Source: Gemmatimonadota bacterium
GTDB taxonomy: Bacteria; Gemmatimonadota; Gemmatimonadetes; Longimicrobiales; Gaopeijiaceae
Length of the DNA: 64,000 nucleotides
Direction of reading: 5' to 3'
Assembly: GCA_034521595.1 (NCBI GenBank)
Contig: JAXHMG010000003.1
Coordinates: 576,001 to 640,000, forward strand
Every line of letters begins with the position of its first letter. Position 1 is the first letter of the stretch. Under the pieces are notes generated by a model. That model was not told the DNA's origin and did no database searches. It worked only from the letters and a program-made list of their open reading frames with translations. Made by a program: the position numbers and the translations under genes. Shown piece after piece: positions 11,182 through 20,128 of the stretch.

Positions 11182-11226
11182 GCGGAAGGGTCGGTCCGGG
11201 TCTTCGGGCCCGGGCCGGCCATCCGC
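11182..11226 (+). terminator. Stable RNA hairpin with C(UUCG)G tetraloop between the two pilin genes
   Basis: 14-bp stem (11189-11202/11207-11220) with 3 G.U pairs, plus outer GCGGA/TCCGC; no U-tract. Confidence 0.6.
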
Positions 11227-11288
11227 TCCCGCGCCCCGGCCTTCTTGGCCCATCCACGACCCGACCGAACTCGCGCCCGAGGTGACCG

Positions 11289-11675
11289 ATGTCCACGAAC
11301 CGCAAGGGCTTCACCCTCATCGAGCTTCTGATCGTCGTCGTGATCATCGGGATCCTGGCCTCGATCGCGATCCCGAAGTTCTCCGCCACCCGCGAGAAGG
11401 CCTTCATCTCCACGATGACGGCCGACCTACGCAACCTGGCGAGCCTGCAGGAAGTCTACCACAACTCCAACTACACCTACTCCACCAGCCAGGACGATCT
11501 CGGCTTCACGAGCTCCGACGGCGTTACCGTCAACATCGGTGAGGCCACGGGCCAGGGCTGGTCCGCGACGGCCACCCACGAGGGCCTGTCCGGCGAGTCG
11601 TGCGCGCTCTACCACGGCAATGCCGCGCAGGTGAGCCCGGCCACGACGGAGAGCACGATCGCCTGCTCCAACTGA
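11289..11675 (+). CDS. pilA: Type IVa pilin 2 (paralogue of pilin 1)
   Basis: MSTNRKG|FTLIELLIVVVIIGILASIAIPKFSATREKA; colinear with pilin 1, including DDLGF.SSDGV and two Cys. Confidence 0.9.
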   Translation: MSTNRKGFTLIELLIVVVIIGILASIAIPKFSATREKAFISTMTADLRNLASLQEVYHNSNYTYSTSQDDLGFTSSDGVTVNIGEATGQGWSATATHEGLSGESCALYHGNAAQVSPATTESTIACSN

Positions 11676-11686
11676 GCGGTGGGCCG

Positions 11687-12784
11687 GTGCGCACGTCGGG
11701 CTCGGGCGCGTTCGTCGCGGCCCTCGCGCTGACGCTCGTCCTCGCCGCTGCATTCGGCCGTGTTCTCTTCGACCTCGAGCCTCTCTGGCTCGGGGTTTTC
11801 GTCGTCGTGGCGGGTGCGGTAGGCGCGGCGTGGGGCCTGTCCGTCCTCGCACGGCGGTGGCTGGCGCCGGACCGGGACGTGCTCGAGCGGAACGTGCACT
11901 CGCTCGAGGAGACCAACCGCGAGCTGGTCGAGGCGCGCGCGGAAGTCGTGCGCGCCGCGCGGCTGGCATCGGTGGGCACGCTCGCGGCGGGCGTGGCCCA
12001 CGAGGTGGGCAATCCGCTCGGCGCGATCATGGGCTACGTCGACGTCGCGCGCGGGCGGGCCGCCCGGGGCGAGGCCGAGCCGGAGATCCTGGACTCGATC
12101 CGCGAGGAAGCCGAGCGGATCGATCGCATCGTGAAGAGCCTGCTCGGCTACGCGAGGCCCCGGGAGGAACACGTCGGCCCGGAGGAACCCGGCGCGGTCG
12201 TGACCCGCGTGCGGGAGCTGCTCGAGCAGCAGGGGAAGCTGGCGGACGTGGACGCGCATTGGGAGGTGGCTCCCGACACGCCCGAGGTGGTCATGAACGC
12301 GCATCGCTTCGAGCAGGTGCTGGTGAACCTCGTCCTCAACGCGCTGGACGCGATGGAGGGCGGTGAAGGGCCGGTGCTTCGGGTCCGTGCCTACGGCGCC
12401 GCGGGCGAAGTGGGCGAGCTCCCCTCCCGGCGGGAAGGGGACCCTCCGGGAGTCAACTACATGCATCGCCGTCGCGTCTCGCGAGACGAAGGGGGAAGGG
12501 GGGTCGATCCCGTCTTCCTCGCCGAGCGCGTCGCGGTCGTCGAGGTGCAGGACAGCGGACCGGGGATCGCCGAGGAGCACCTGGAGCAGATCTTCGACCC
12601 CTTCTTCACCACCAAGGAGCTGGGGAAGGGAACGGGGCTCGGTCTGTCCATCTGTGCGCGGCTCGTGGAGGGGATGGGGGGACGAATCGAGGCGGGGAAT
12701 GTTCCGGAGGGAGGGGCTCGCTTTATGATCAGGCTTCCGGCGGCCCACAGCGCCCGGTCCGATCCACGCCCGGAGGTGACATGA
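11687..12784 (+). CDS. Two-TM sensor histidine kinase (PilS2-like)
   Basis: Two adjacent TMs; AHEVGNPL; NLVLNA; DSGPGI; PFFTTK...GTGLGL. Confidence 0.88.
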   Translation: MRTSGSGAFVAALALTLVLAAAFGRVLFDLEPLWLGVFVVVAGAVGAAWGLSVLARRWLAPDRDVLERNVHSLEETNRELVEARAEVVRAARLASVGTLAAGVAHEVGNPLGAIMGYVDVARGRAARGEAEPEILDSIREEAERIDRIVKSLLGYARPREEHVGPEEPGAVVTRVRELLEQQGKLADVDAHWEVAPDTPEVVMNAHRFEQVLVNLVLNALDAMEGGEGPVLRVRAYGAAGEVGELPSRREGDPPGVNYMHRRRVSRDEGGRGVDPVFLAERVAVVEVQDSGPGIAEEHLEQIFDPFFTTKELGKGTGLGLSICARLVEGMGGRIEAGNVPEGGARFMIRLPAAHSARSDPRPEVT

Positions 12785-14139
12785 AGATCCTCGTCGTCGA
12801 CGACGATGCCGGACTACGGAAATCTCTTTCGCTCATCCTGACGGATGCCGGATACGAGGTGACGCACGCCGAGGACGGCGAAAGCGGCCTGAGCACCGCG
12901 GTCGAGCAGGATCCCGACCTGATCCTCTGCGACGTGCGCATGCCGAAGCTGGGTGGGATCGAGTTCCTCGATCGGTACCGGGAGGCCGGGGGCAGCGCCC
13001 TGGTGCTGGTCATGACGGCGTACGGCGGCATCGACCTGGCGGTCGAGGCCATGAAGAAGGGCGCCTACGACTATCTGCCGAAGCCGTTCGGTGCCGACGA
13101 GGTGCTGCTCACCGTCCGCAAGGCGGAAGAGCGCGAGCAGCTTCGCCGGGAAGTCGGACGGCTTCGGGACGAGGTGCGTGCGGACGCCCGCTTCGGCGAG
13201 ATCGTGGTCGGCTCGCCGGCCATGGAGCGGGCCCTCGCGGTCGTGCGCAAAGTGGCTCCGCACGATTCACCCGTGCTGCTGAGCGGGGCGAGCGGCACCG
13301 GCAAGGAGCTCGTCGCGCGCCTCCTGCACCGGGAGAGTCCGAGAGCGGACCACCCGTTCGTGCCGGTCAACTGCGGCGGCATCCCGGAGCAACTGCTCGA
13401 GTCGGAGTTCTTCGGCTTCGTGAAAGGAGCTTTCACCGGGGCCGATCGTGACAAGGAAGGCCTGCTCGAGGCCGCGGACGGCGGAACGCTCTTCCTGGAC
13501 GAGGTGGGCGAGCTTCCGATGACGTTGCAGGTGAAGCTGCTCCGTGCCCTCCAGGAGGGGGAGGTGCGGCGGCTCGGCGCGACAACGACGGAGCGCGTGA
13601 ACGTGCGCATCATCTCGGCGACCAACCGGGACATCGAGGAAGCCGTCGAGGAAGGCTCGTTTCGCAAGGACCTCTACTACCGCCTCGCCGTCGTGCCCAT
13701 CCACCTCCCTCCGCTCCGGCAGCGCACCGAGGAGATCCCCAGGCTCGTGAGCCACCTGCTCGAGCGGCAAAGGGAACGCATGGGCTTGGCCGTGGAGGGC
13801 GTCGACCCGGCGGCGATGGAGGTGCTGCTGTCCTACCCCTGGCCGGGGAACATCCGCGAGCTGGAGAACGTGCTCGAGCGGGCGCTGGTCCTGACGGAGG
13901 GGCCGAGCATCTCGGTCGAGGACCTTCCCGAGGTGGTGCGGCGGCCGGCCCCGGAGAGCGGCGCGATGTCGGTCGACGGCGACGACCTCTCGGTGAAGCG
14001 GCAGGGCGCGCGGCTCGAGAAGCACCTCATCGAGCGCGCGCTCGACCGGACCGGAGGCAACAAGACGCAGGCGGCCGAGTTGCTCGACCTCTCGCCGCGG
14101 GCGCTCCGCTACAAGGTGCAGGAGTACGGGATCGAGTAG
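12781..14139 (+). CDS. Sigma54-dependent response regulator (PilR2-like)
   Basis: REC, GASGTGKE, GAFTGA, Fis HTH. Confidence 0.92.
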   Translation: MKILVVDDDAGLRKSLSLILTDAGYEVTHAEDGESGLSTAVEQDPDLILCDVRMPKLGGIEFLDRYREAGGSALVLVMTAYGGIDLAVEAMKKGAYDYLPKPFGADEVLLTVRKAEEREQLRREVGRLRDEVRADARFGEIVVGSPAMERALAVVRKVAPHDSPVLLSGASGTGKELVARLLHRESPRADHPFVPVNCGGIPEQLLESEFFGFVKGAFTGADRDKEGLLEAADGGTLFLDEVGELPMTLQVKLLRALQEGEVRRLGATTTERVNVRIISATNRDIEEAVEEGSFRKDLYYRLAVVPIHLPPLRQRTEEIPRLVSHLLERQRERMGLAVEGVDPAAMEVLLSYPWPGNIRELENVLERALVLTEGPSISVEDLPEVVRRPAPESGAMSVDGDDLSVKRQGARLEKHLIERALDRTGGNKTQAAELLDLSPRALRYKVQEYGIE

Positions 14140-14231
14140 GTAGCTCTGCCGTGGGGGCCCGCTCCGCCCGACCGGATGAGAGGCCGGTCCCGCTATCCTC
14201 GCGGCTCGCTCCCGCTCCGAGCTTGAGCCGT

Positions 14232-14654
14232 ATGAACGGTTATTCCCTCTTCGAGCTCACGGTCGCGCTGGCGCTTCTCGCGGTCGCCTCGTCCGTGCTC
14301 ACGCCGGCGCTGGCGGGATACCGGGACCGCATGACGGTGCTGGCGGCGCGCGAGACGGTGGTGGGCCTGCTCCACGAGACGCGGGCGGCCGCCCGCCGGG
14401 TGGGTGCGGCGAGCTTGCAGGTCGACGCGGAGCGGGCGCGCGTCCGGGTCGCGATCGGGGATTCCGTGATCCGGGCGGTCGACCTGGGCGGGCAAGGCGT
14501 GCGAATCGACCTTCCGCGTGGAAGGGTGCGCGGCGAGATCGCGTACAACGGGCTCGGGATCGGCGTGTTCGCCAACGAGACGGTCGAGTTCTCGGCGGGC
14601 TCGGAGCGTGCCCGGCTCGTCGTCTCCTCCTACGGCCGCGTGCGGCGAGACTGA
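14232..14654 (+). CDS. FimT/GspH-like minor pilin (set 1)
   Basis: MNG|YSLFELTVALALL prepilin motif; C-terminal GRVR. Confidence 0.75.
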   Translation: MNGYSLFELTVALALLAVASSVLTPALAGYRDRMTVLAARETVVGLLHETRAAARRVGAASLQVDAERARVRVAIGDSVIRAVDLGGQGVRIDLPRGRVRGEIAYNGLGIGVFANETVEFSAGSERARLVVSSYGRVRRD

Positions 14655-14970
14655 TGCGCGGCTTCACGCTGGTGGAGGTGGTCGTGGCGCTCGTCCTGCT
14701 CGAAGTGGTCGTGCTGGGCGTGGTGGGCACGCTCCGGATCGCGGCGGAGACGCTCCACCGAGCCGAGACGCTGGAGCGGGCCGTTGCTGGCGTCCAGACG
14801 GTCTCCGACTCGCTCACGGGCGTCGGCGGCGCGGTCGCGGAGGGCGGGCGCGACTTTCCCGGAGGCCGGGTGTTTGGGGCGCCGGACCCGATTCGTCCGC
14901 TTGGACGGTGCGCGCGATGAGCCTGTCGGGCGATACGCTGATCCGCGTCATGGGTCACGCGGAGCCATGA
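14654..14970 (+). pseudogene. PilV-like minor pilin (set 1) with an apparent frameshift near 14873-14875 (one base missing)
   Basis: MRG|FTLVEVVVAL; adding one T to GTGTTTGGGG joins it to the frame ending at TGA 14970, which overlaps the next ATG (ATGA). Confidence 0.65.
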
Positions 14971-15680
14971 CGGGCCGGCAGGCGGGGGTCACGGTCGTCG
15001 AGGCGCTCGTGTCGCTGCTCCTCGGTCTCGGGTTGGTGCAGGCTAGCCTGGCCGTTGGTGCACGAGTCCGCGTCGCCCATGCGGAGCTTCTCGGCCGAGC
15101 GGAGGTCCTGGCTTCCGCCCGTCTGACCGGGGCGCTGCTGCGCTCCGAGACCGGCGTGGCGCTTCGGGGGCGGGATTGGGAGCTCCACGACGACGCCTTA
15201 CGGCTCCGGGCGTTTCGGGGAACCGCGCTCGTATGTCCTGAAGGGAGTGGGGCGGATACGCTGGATGCGGCGTACGTGGGATATCGCGCCCCCGATCCCA
15301 CGAAGGACTCGGTCGTGGTCCTGTACCAGGACGGATCTCGAGTGGTGCGTGGACTCGAGGGCGTGGGGAGCGGTGTGGCGGAATGCATGGGCGAGGCGCT
15401 TTCGAGACGCACGACGCTCGTGCTTTCCGAATCGGTGCCGACTGGGGCGGTCGTCGCGCGCGTGTTCGAGCGCGGGGCGTACTCCGTTGCCGACGCGGCG
15501 TTCAGGTACCGACGGGGGGCCGCGGGGCGTCAGCCCCTCACGCCCGAGGTGTGGGACCGGTCGAGCGGTTGGGTCGTGGAGGACGGTCGCGTTGCCGTGG
15601 AGCTGCTCTCCGCTCCGGACGGGACCGGGACTTCGCCCTCCCGGTGGCATCTCTCCGTGGCATGGAGCCCCCGGCGGTGA
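14967..15680 (+). CDS. PilW-like minor pilin (set 1)
   Basis: MTGRQAG|VTVVEALVSLLLG; Cys pair; position in the cluster. Confidence 0.7.
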   Translation: MTGRQAGVTVVEALVSLLLGLGLVQASLAVGARVRVAHAELLGRAEVLASARLTGALLRSETGVALRGRDWELHDDALRLRAFRGTALVCPEGSGADTLDAAYVGYRAPDPTKDSVVVLYQDGSRVVRGLEGVGSGVAECMGEALSRRTTLVLSESVPTGAVVARVFERGAYSVADAAFRYRRGAAGRQPLTPEVWDRSSGWVVEDGRVAVELLSAPDGTGTSPSRWHLSVAWSPRR

Positions 15681-16729
15681 GCGGAGAGCGCGGCATGGCC
15701 TTGTTGGTCGTGGTGGTGTTGATGTTGGCGGGCACGGCGCTCGCCCACGGGGTTCTCGTCGTGGCGCGTCAGGAGCTCGCCGCGGCGAGCCAACGGGTGC
15801 GCCTCGTGGAGCGGACATCCGCCGAGCGGGCGGCCCTGCGGCGCGCCCGGGAAGCGGCGTCCCGCGATATCGTTCGCGCGACCGCTGGATGGGGCGCCTG
15901 GTCCGTTCCGGACAGCGTGCACGGCGGCCCCGGCGTAGTACGAATGAGGCGCTTGGGCCCGGAGAGCTGGTGGCTCGAAACCCTTGCCGAAGGTGCGGAC
16001 CAGCGCAGCCCGGGGACCCCGGGGGTGCTGCTCTGGTGGTTGGACCCCATCGAGCGCGTGGAACGCCTGGGCGCCGTCGTCACGGTCGGCGCCGAAGCGC
16101 CGGTGACGGTCACCGGCGAGCTCGACCCGTCCCGGTTCGGCCTCTCGGATCCGCCACTGAGCGACGACCTGTGCGCTCCGGAGACGGACGGTCGGTTCGA
16201 AGGTGTCGTGCCTTCAGCGGTCGGACGCCTCCCGGGCGAGACGACCCGTCCCGGGCTGGGGCTGCTCGACTTCGATGCCCTCTTGGCTCGGACGGAGGTC
16301 CGGGTTGGCGGATCCGGCGCGGCCGCGCCCGTCGAGGAAATGGCCCGCTGTCTCCGCGAGGAGCCGTGGAACTGGGGCGACCCGGATCGTCCGTGGCGCC
16401 CCTGCGGCGTGCACTTGGCCGTCCGGGCCGCTCCGGAGGGACTCCACGTCACGGAAGGCGCCGGACAGGGGGCGTGGGTGGTGGACGGAGACATGGTGCT
16501 CGACGGGGAGACCCGGCTGTACGGTGTCGTCATCGCCAGCGGACGGCTCGTCCTCCGGGATCGCTCGAGGTTCCATGGCGTCGCGATCCCGGCCGGAGGG
16601 CTCACCGTCGAGGCCGGAGCGGAAGTCCGTGGCTCGGCGTGCTGGGCCGTGCGTGGCGTGCGGGCCGGGGCGGCGCTCTGGTCACCCCGGCCGGTCCCCG
16701 TCCCGGACACGCCGCTGATCGGTCCGTGA
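15677..16729 (+). CDS. PilX/GspK-like minor pilin (set 1)
   Basis: ERG|MALLVVVVLM lacking E5, as in PilX; NWGDP..C and GQG..VVDGD C-terminal domain shared with 21817..22977. Confidence 0.7.
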   Translation: MSGERGMALLVVVVLMLAGTALAHGVLVVARQELAAASQRVRLVERTSAERAALRRAREAASRDIVRATAGWGAWSVPDSVHGGPGVVRMRRLGPESWWLETLAEGADQRSPGTPGVLLWWLDPIERVERLGAVVTVGAEAPVTVTGELDPSRFGLSDPPLSDDLCAPETDGRFEGVVPSAVGRLPGETTRPGLGLLDFDALLARTEVRVGGSGAAAPVEEMARCLREEPWNWGDPDRPWRPCGVHLAVRAAPEGLHVTEGAGQGAWVVDGDMVLDGETRLYGVVIASGRLVLRDRSRFHGVAIPAGGLTVEAGAEVRGSACWAVRGVRAGAALWSPRPVPVPDTPLIGP

Positions 16730-16753
16730 TGGGTCCGGCGGCCCGTGGGAGGG

Positions 16754-19700
16754 TCATGGAGGAGCCTCCCGCGCGGCTTCTTCGATCATGGCGTCGAGCA
16801 CCCGGAGGCGGAGGTGGTCGGGGGCCCGGGTGGTTCGGGGCACCAGTGCCTCGTAGGCGTTTCGAGCGCCGAGGGGACGCCCACGCTTCAGGTAGGCGAC
16901 CACGGCGGCATCGAGGAGCGTGGCCGGCCGCATCCAGTCTTCGCCGGCGGCGACGGGACCGACGAGGCGATCCGAGGCGCGGGCCACACGCGACCAGTCG
17001 AAGGACGCCACGGCTTCGTACAGGTCGACGACCGCGCGTGCCTCCGCCGGCGCATCCGCGCGCTCGAGGAAGCCGTGCACGGCTCGGTAGAACGTGGTGT
17101 CCGACCAGCCGGTGGTTCCCCAATGCAGGTCGCCGGCGGCCTTGCCGAAGCCCTCCGCCCACGTCTCCCACGAGCCCAGTTGGGTCTCACCGCTCAGCAG
17201 CAGGAAAGTCTGCAAATGGAGGAGCGCGTCCCTCCATTCGGGGAAGTGTTCGGGTGCACGGCCTCCTCCCCCCTGCACGGCCTCGCGCAGCCAGGCGCCT
17301 CGCTGGCTCCGGAGCAACGAGACGGGCCCACGGGCGGGCGTGGGGGTGTGGTCCTCGGGTGGCCGCACCTCCTCGCGCATGAGCCTCGTCAGATCCAGCG
17401 GGCTCGTCGCGAAGCTGAACGCGCCGTGCGCGAAGGATCGATCGAAACGGGCCCGCTCCGCACCGAGGTCCAGGATCGGGTGGAAGTCCGAGTTGGCGGG
17501 GACGCGGCGCCTCAGGAGCGGCGCCACGACGGATTGGTCGAACAGCAGGAGGGATTCCAGATGATTCGGCCGGATCTCCGGGATCCCCGCCGTGAGATCT
17601 CGCATGGCGGGTGAGGACGCGACCGACCAGTCGGGATCGGGAAGAGGGGTCTCCTTGGAGGCGACGATGGCCACGTCGGCGTCGCCGATGAGGTAGACGC
17701 GGTACGCGTCGAAAGCCGTGTCGAGGGCCGCCAGGACGCTCAGGAACAGGTCGTCGTCGAGCTCGTAGAGCTGCATCCACTGCACGAGAACACCGTCGTC
17801 GGCCAGGAAGCGCCCGATCTGCTCATAGAACTCCCGGGTGAAAAGCGCGGACGTGCCGCTGACCCACGGATTGCTGGGCTCGGTCACGATGAGATCGAAC
17901 CGTTCCTGCCGGTAGGCGAAAAACGACTTCGCATCGTCGAACACGTAGCTCGCGCGGGGGTCCTGGAAGACGGCCCTGTTCGTGGGCAGGAACGCGAGGG
18001 AGGCCTCGACCATGAACGGCTCGATCTCCACGGTGACCAGGCGCTCGAGACGGTCACTGGTGAGCAGGGTCGTCCCCGTGATGCCGGAGCCGTGTCCCGA
18101 TATTGGCCACGTTCGCTGCTGCGGAGCGGTGGCCGAGCCCCATCAGGCCCACCAGCATCTGCGTGGTGAAGTCGCTCCCCGAGGGGATCGGTGTCTCGGG
18201 CAGGGTGTCCCGGCCCTCCATGCGCCAGAGCGGCCCCACGGACGCGTCCGGCTTCCCGTTCGTCGACAGCACCGTAACGCCCTCCGGGAGCGCCACGTGT
18301 GCGGATACGGTGGCGGTGCGTCCGTCCTGGTAGTAGAGGAGTCGTCTGGAGTCCGGGTCCGGGATCACCGCGTCGCGAAACACCCCGCTGGTCAGGACGG
18401 TTCGGTCGAGGTCGAGCGCGGCGGCCGCCGCGCCGAAGGTCACGAGGCAGAGCGCGGCCGGTGCCCCGATCAGGCGAAGACGTCGCCTCGGGGGCTCGGG
18501 GGCGGCGATTGGGTCGTCCGACCCTCCCGAGGGTTCCGGCAGTCCCCGGGCCACCGCCGTGAGGATCCAGAGTCCGAGCAGTGCGTCCAGCGCCGCGCCC
18601 GCGAGGATCAGCCCCTCGAGCCCGAGGAGCGGCAGCGCGACGAGTCCCGCGAGGAGCGAGCCGGAGACCGCCCCCACCGTGTTGACCGCGTAGACGCGCC
18701 CGATCGCCCGCTCCCCCGCGCCCGCCCGCATGAGCGTGGCGGTGAGGAGCGGGAGCGTCATCCCGGCGAGCAGCGTGGCCGGGAGCATGACCAGGAGGGC
18801 CAGGCCGTAGCGCCCCAGGTTGAAGAGGGCGTATCCACCGGTGCGTCCCGAGGCCGCTTCGACCATGGCCGCGACCACGTCGAACGAGGCCGCGTACAGG
18901 GGCAGCGACGCCAAGGCGGCCAGTCCCATCGCGACCTGGATCCGCCCCAGCGCACGGAGCGGTGTCCGCGTGCGGTCGGCGAGGGAGGTCACGAGGTGGG
19001 CGCCGATCGCCAGCCCGAGAATGAACGCCGAGAGCATGAGCTCGAAGGCGTGGGTCGCGCTCCCGAGGAGCAGGGAGAGCATGCGGATCCACCCGATCTC
19101 GTAGGCGAAGGAGGCGACCGCCGTCCCGAATGCCACGGGAAGGAGGAGGCGCGCGAGCCGAGGGAGCTCGGAAGAAGGCTCGATCGCCGGCTCGGGGATG
19201 CCGGCGCCGCGGTCCGCACCGCTCCGGCCGACCGGAACCTCCCGGGCCACGCGCCATGCGACGAAGGCGGCGGTGAGGTTGAGCGCCGCCGCCGCGACGG
19301 AGGTCCCGGCGAAGCCGAACCACCCGATCAGGAGGAAGCCCGCCAGCAGAACACCCGCAGCCCCGCCGAGCGTGTTGAGCAGGTACGCGCGCGCTACCCC
19401 GCCTCCGGGGTGGTCGGGGTCCGCCCGCACCAACCCCGCCGCCATCAGCGGGAAGGTTGCGCCGAGCGCCATCGCCTGCGGGAGGATGAGCAGACCCGCG
19501 AGCCCCCACCGGACCGCGCCGACCAAGGAGGGATCCGCGAGCGCCGGGAAAAGCACATCGTACCCGAGCGTCGTCACCGCCACGTACACCGGGTGGAACA
19601 CGAGCCCGAAAGCCCCCAGGGCCACCTCCAGCAGCGCGTACCCCAGCAGCGGGCGGTCGAGCGTTCGCGAGAGGTTCGACGCCGCGAGGGCACCGGCGGC

Positions 19701-19853
19701 CATCCCTCCCAGGTACACGGCGAGCACGAGGACCTGCGCGAAAGCGCCGTGCCCGACGAACAGCGCGAGGTAGCGGCTCCAGAGCACTTCGTAGACCAGA
19801 CCGGCCACTCCGGAGGCGACGAAAGCGCCGTAAAGTGCATGTCGGTGCTTCAC
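16754..19853 (-). pseudogene. Fused MFS-like membrane domain / spermidine synthase-like SAM-binding protein; apparent frameshift at 18096-18098 (one extra base)
   Basis: SG..GL.YEV.W.R membrane repeats; NGKPDAS; removing one G restores IGHGSGITG...VEIE...FDDA...DLIVTEPSNPW across ORFs 18054..19853 and 16754..18031. Confidence 0.8.
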
Positions 19854-20067
19854 TTTGCCTCACTCTGCGGACGTTGTTCCGGGGTATGGTCGTGCTCGTT
19901 CGCGCGGTGCTGCACGGGACGTGCCTGGAAATCCTTGCCGACCGGGGCAATAGATGCCGCGTCGGATCCTTTGCCCCGAGCGCCTGCGCGCCCGATATTG
20001 CCCCGTACTGCCTTCCGCTGGCCCGCCCCCGGTGGGAAATCGCCTTGACAGGGAACGTCCCCAGCTC

Positions 20068-20082
20068 TGGCACGGAACTTGG
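20068..20082 (+). promoter_or_regulatory. Probable sigma54 promoter of minor pilin set 2
   Basis: TGGCAC-GGAAC-TTGG (GG instead of GC at -12); repeated TTGCCCCG/CGGGGCAA sites at 19943-20005. Confidence 0.55.
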
Positions 20083-20128
20083 TCCATAGATGCGACGGAG
20101 GACCTCGACCCCAACTCGGGCGCCACAC

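Noticed and set aside
14865-18105. Programmed frameshifting or phase variation at the two indels in this interval
   Set aside because: The runs are only 3-4 nt and a similar indel occurs in the unrelated susD gene, so sequencing error is simpler
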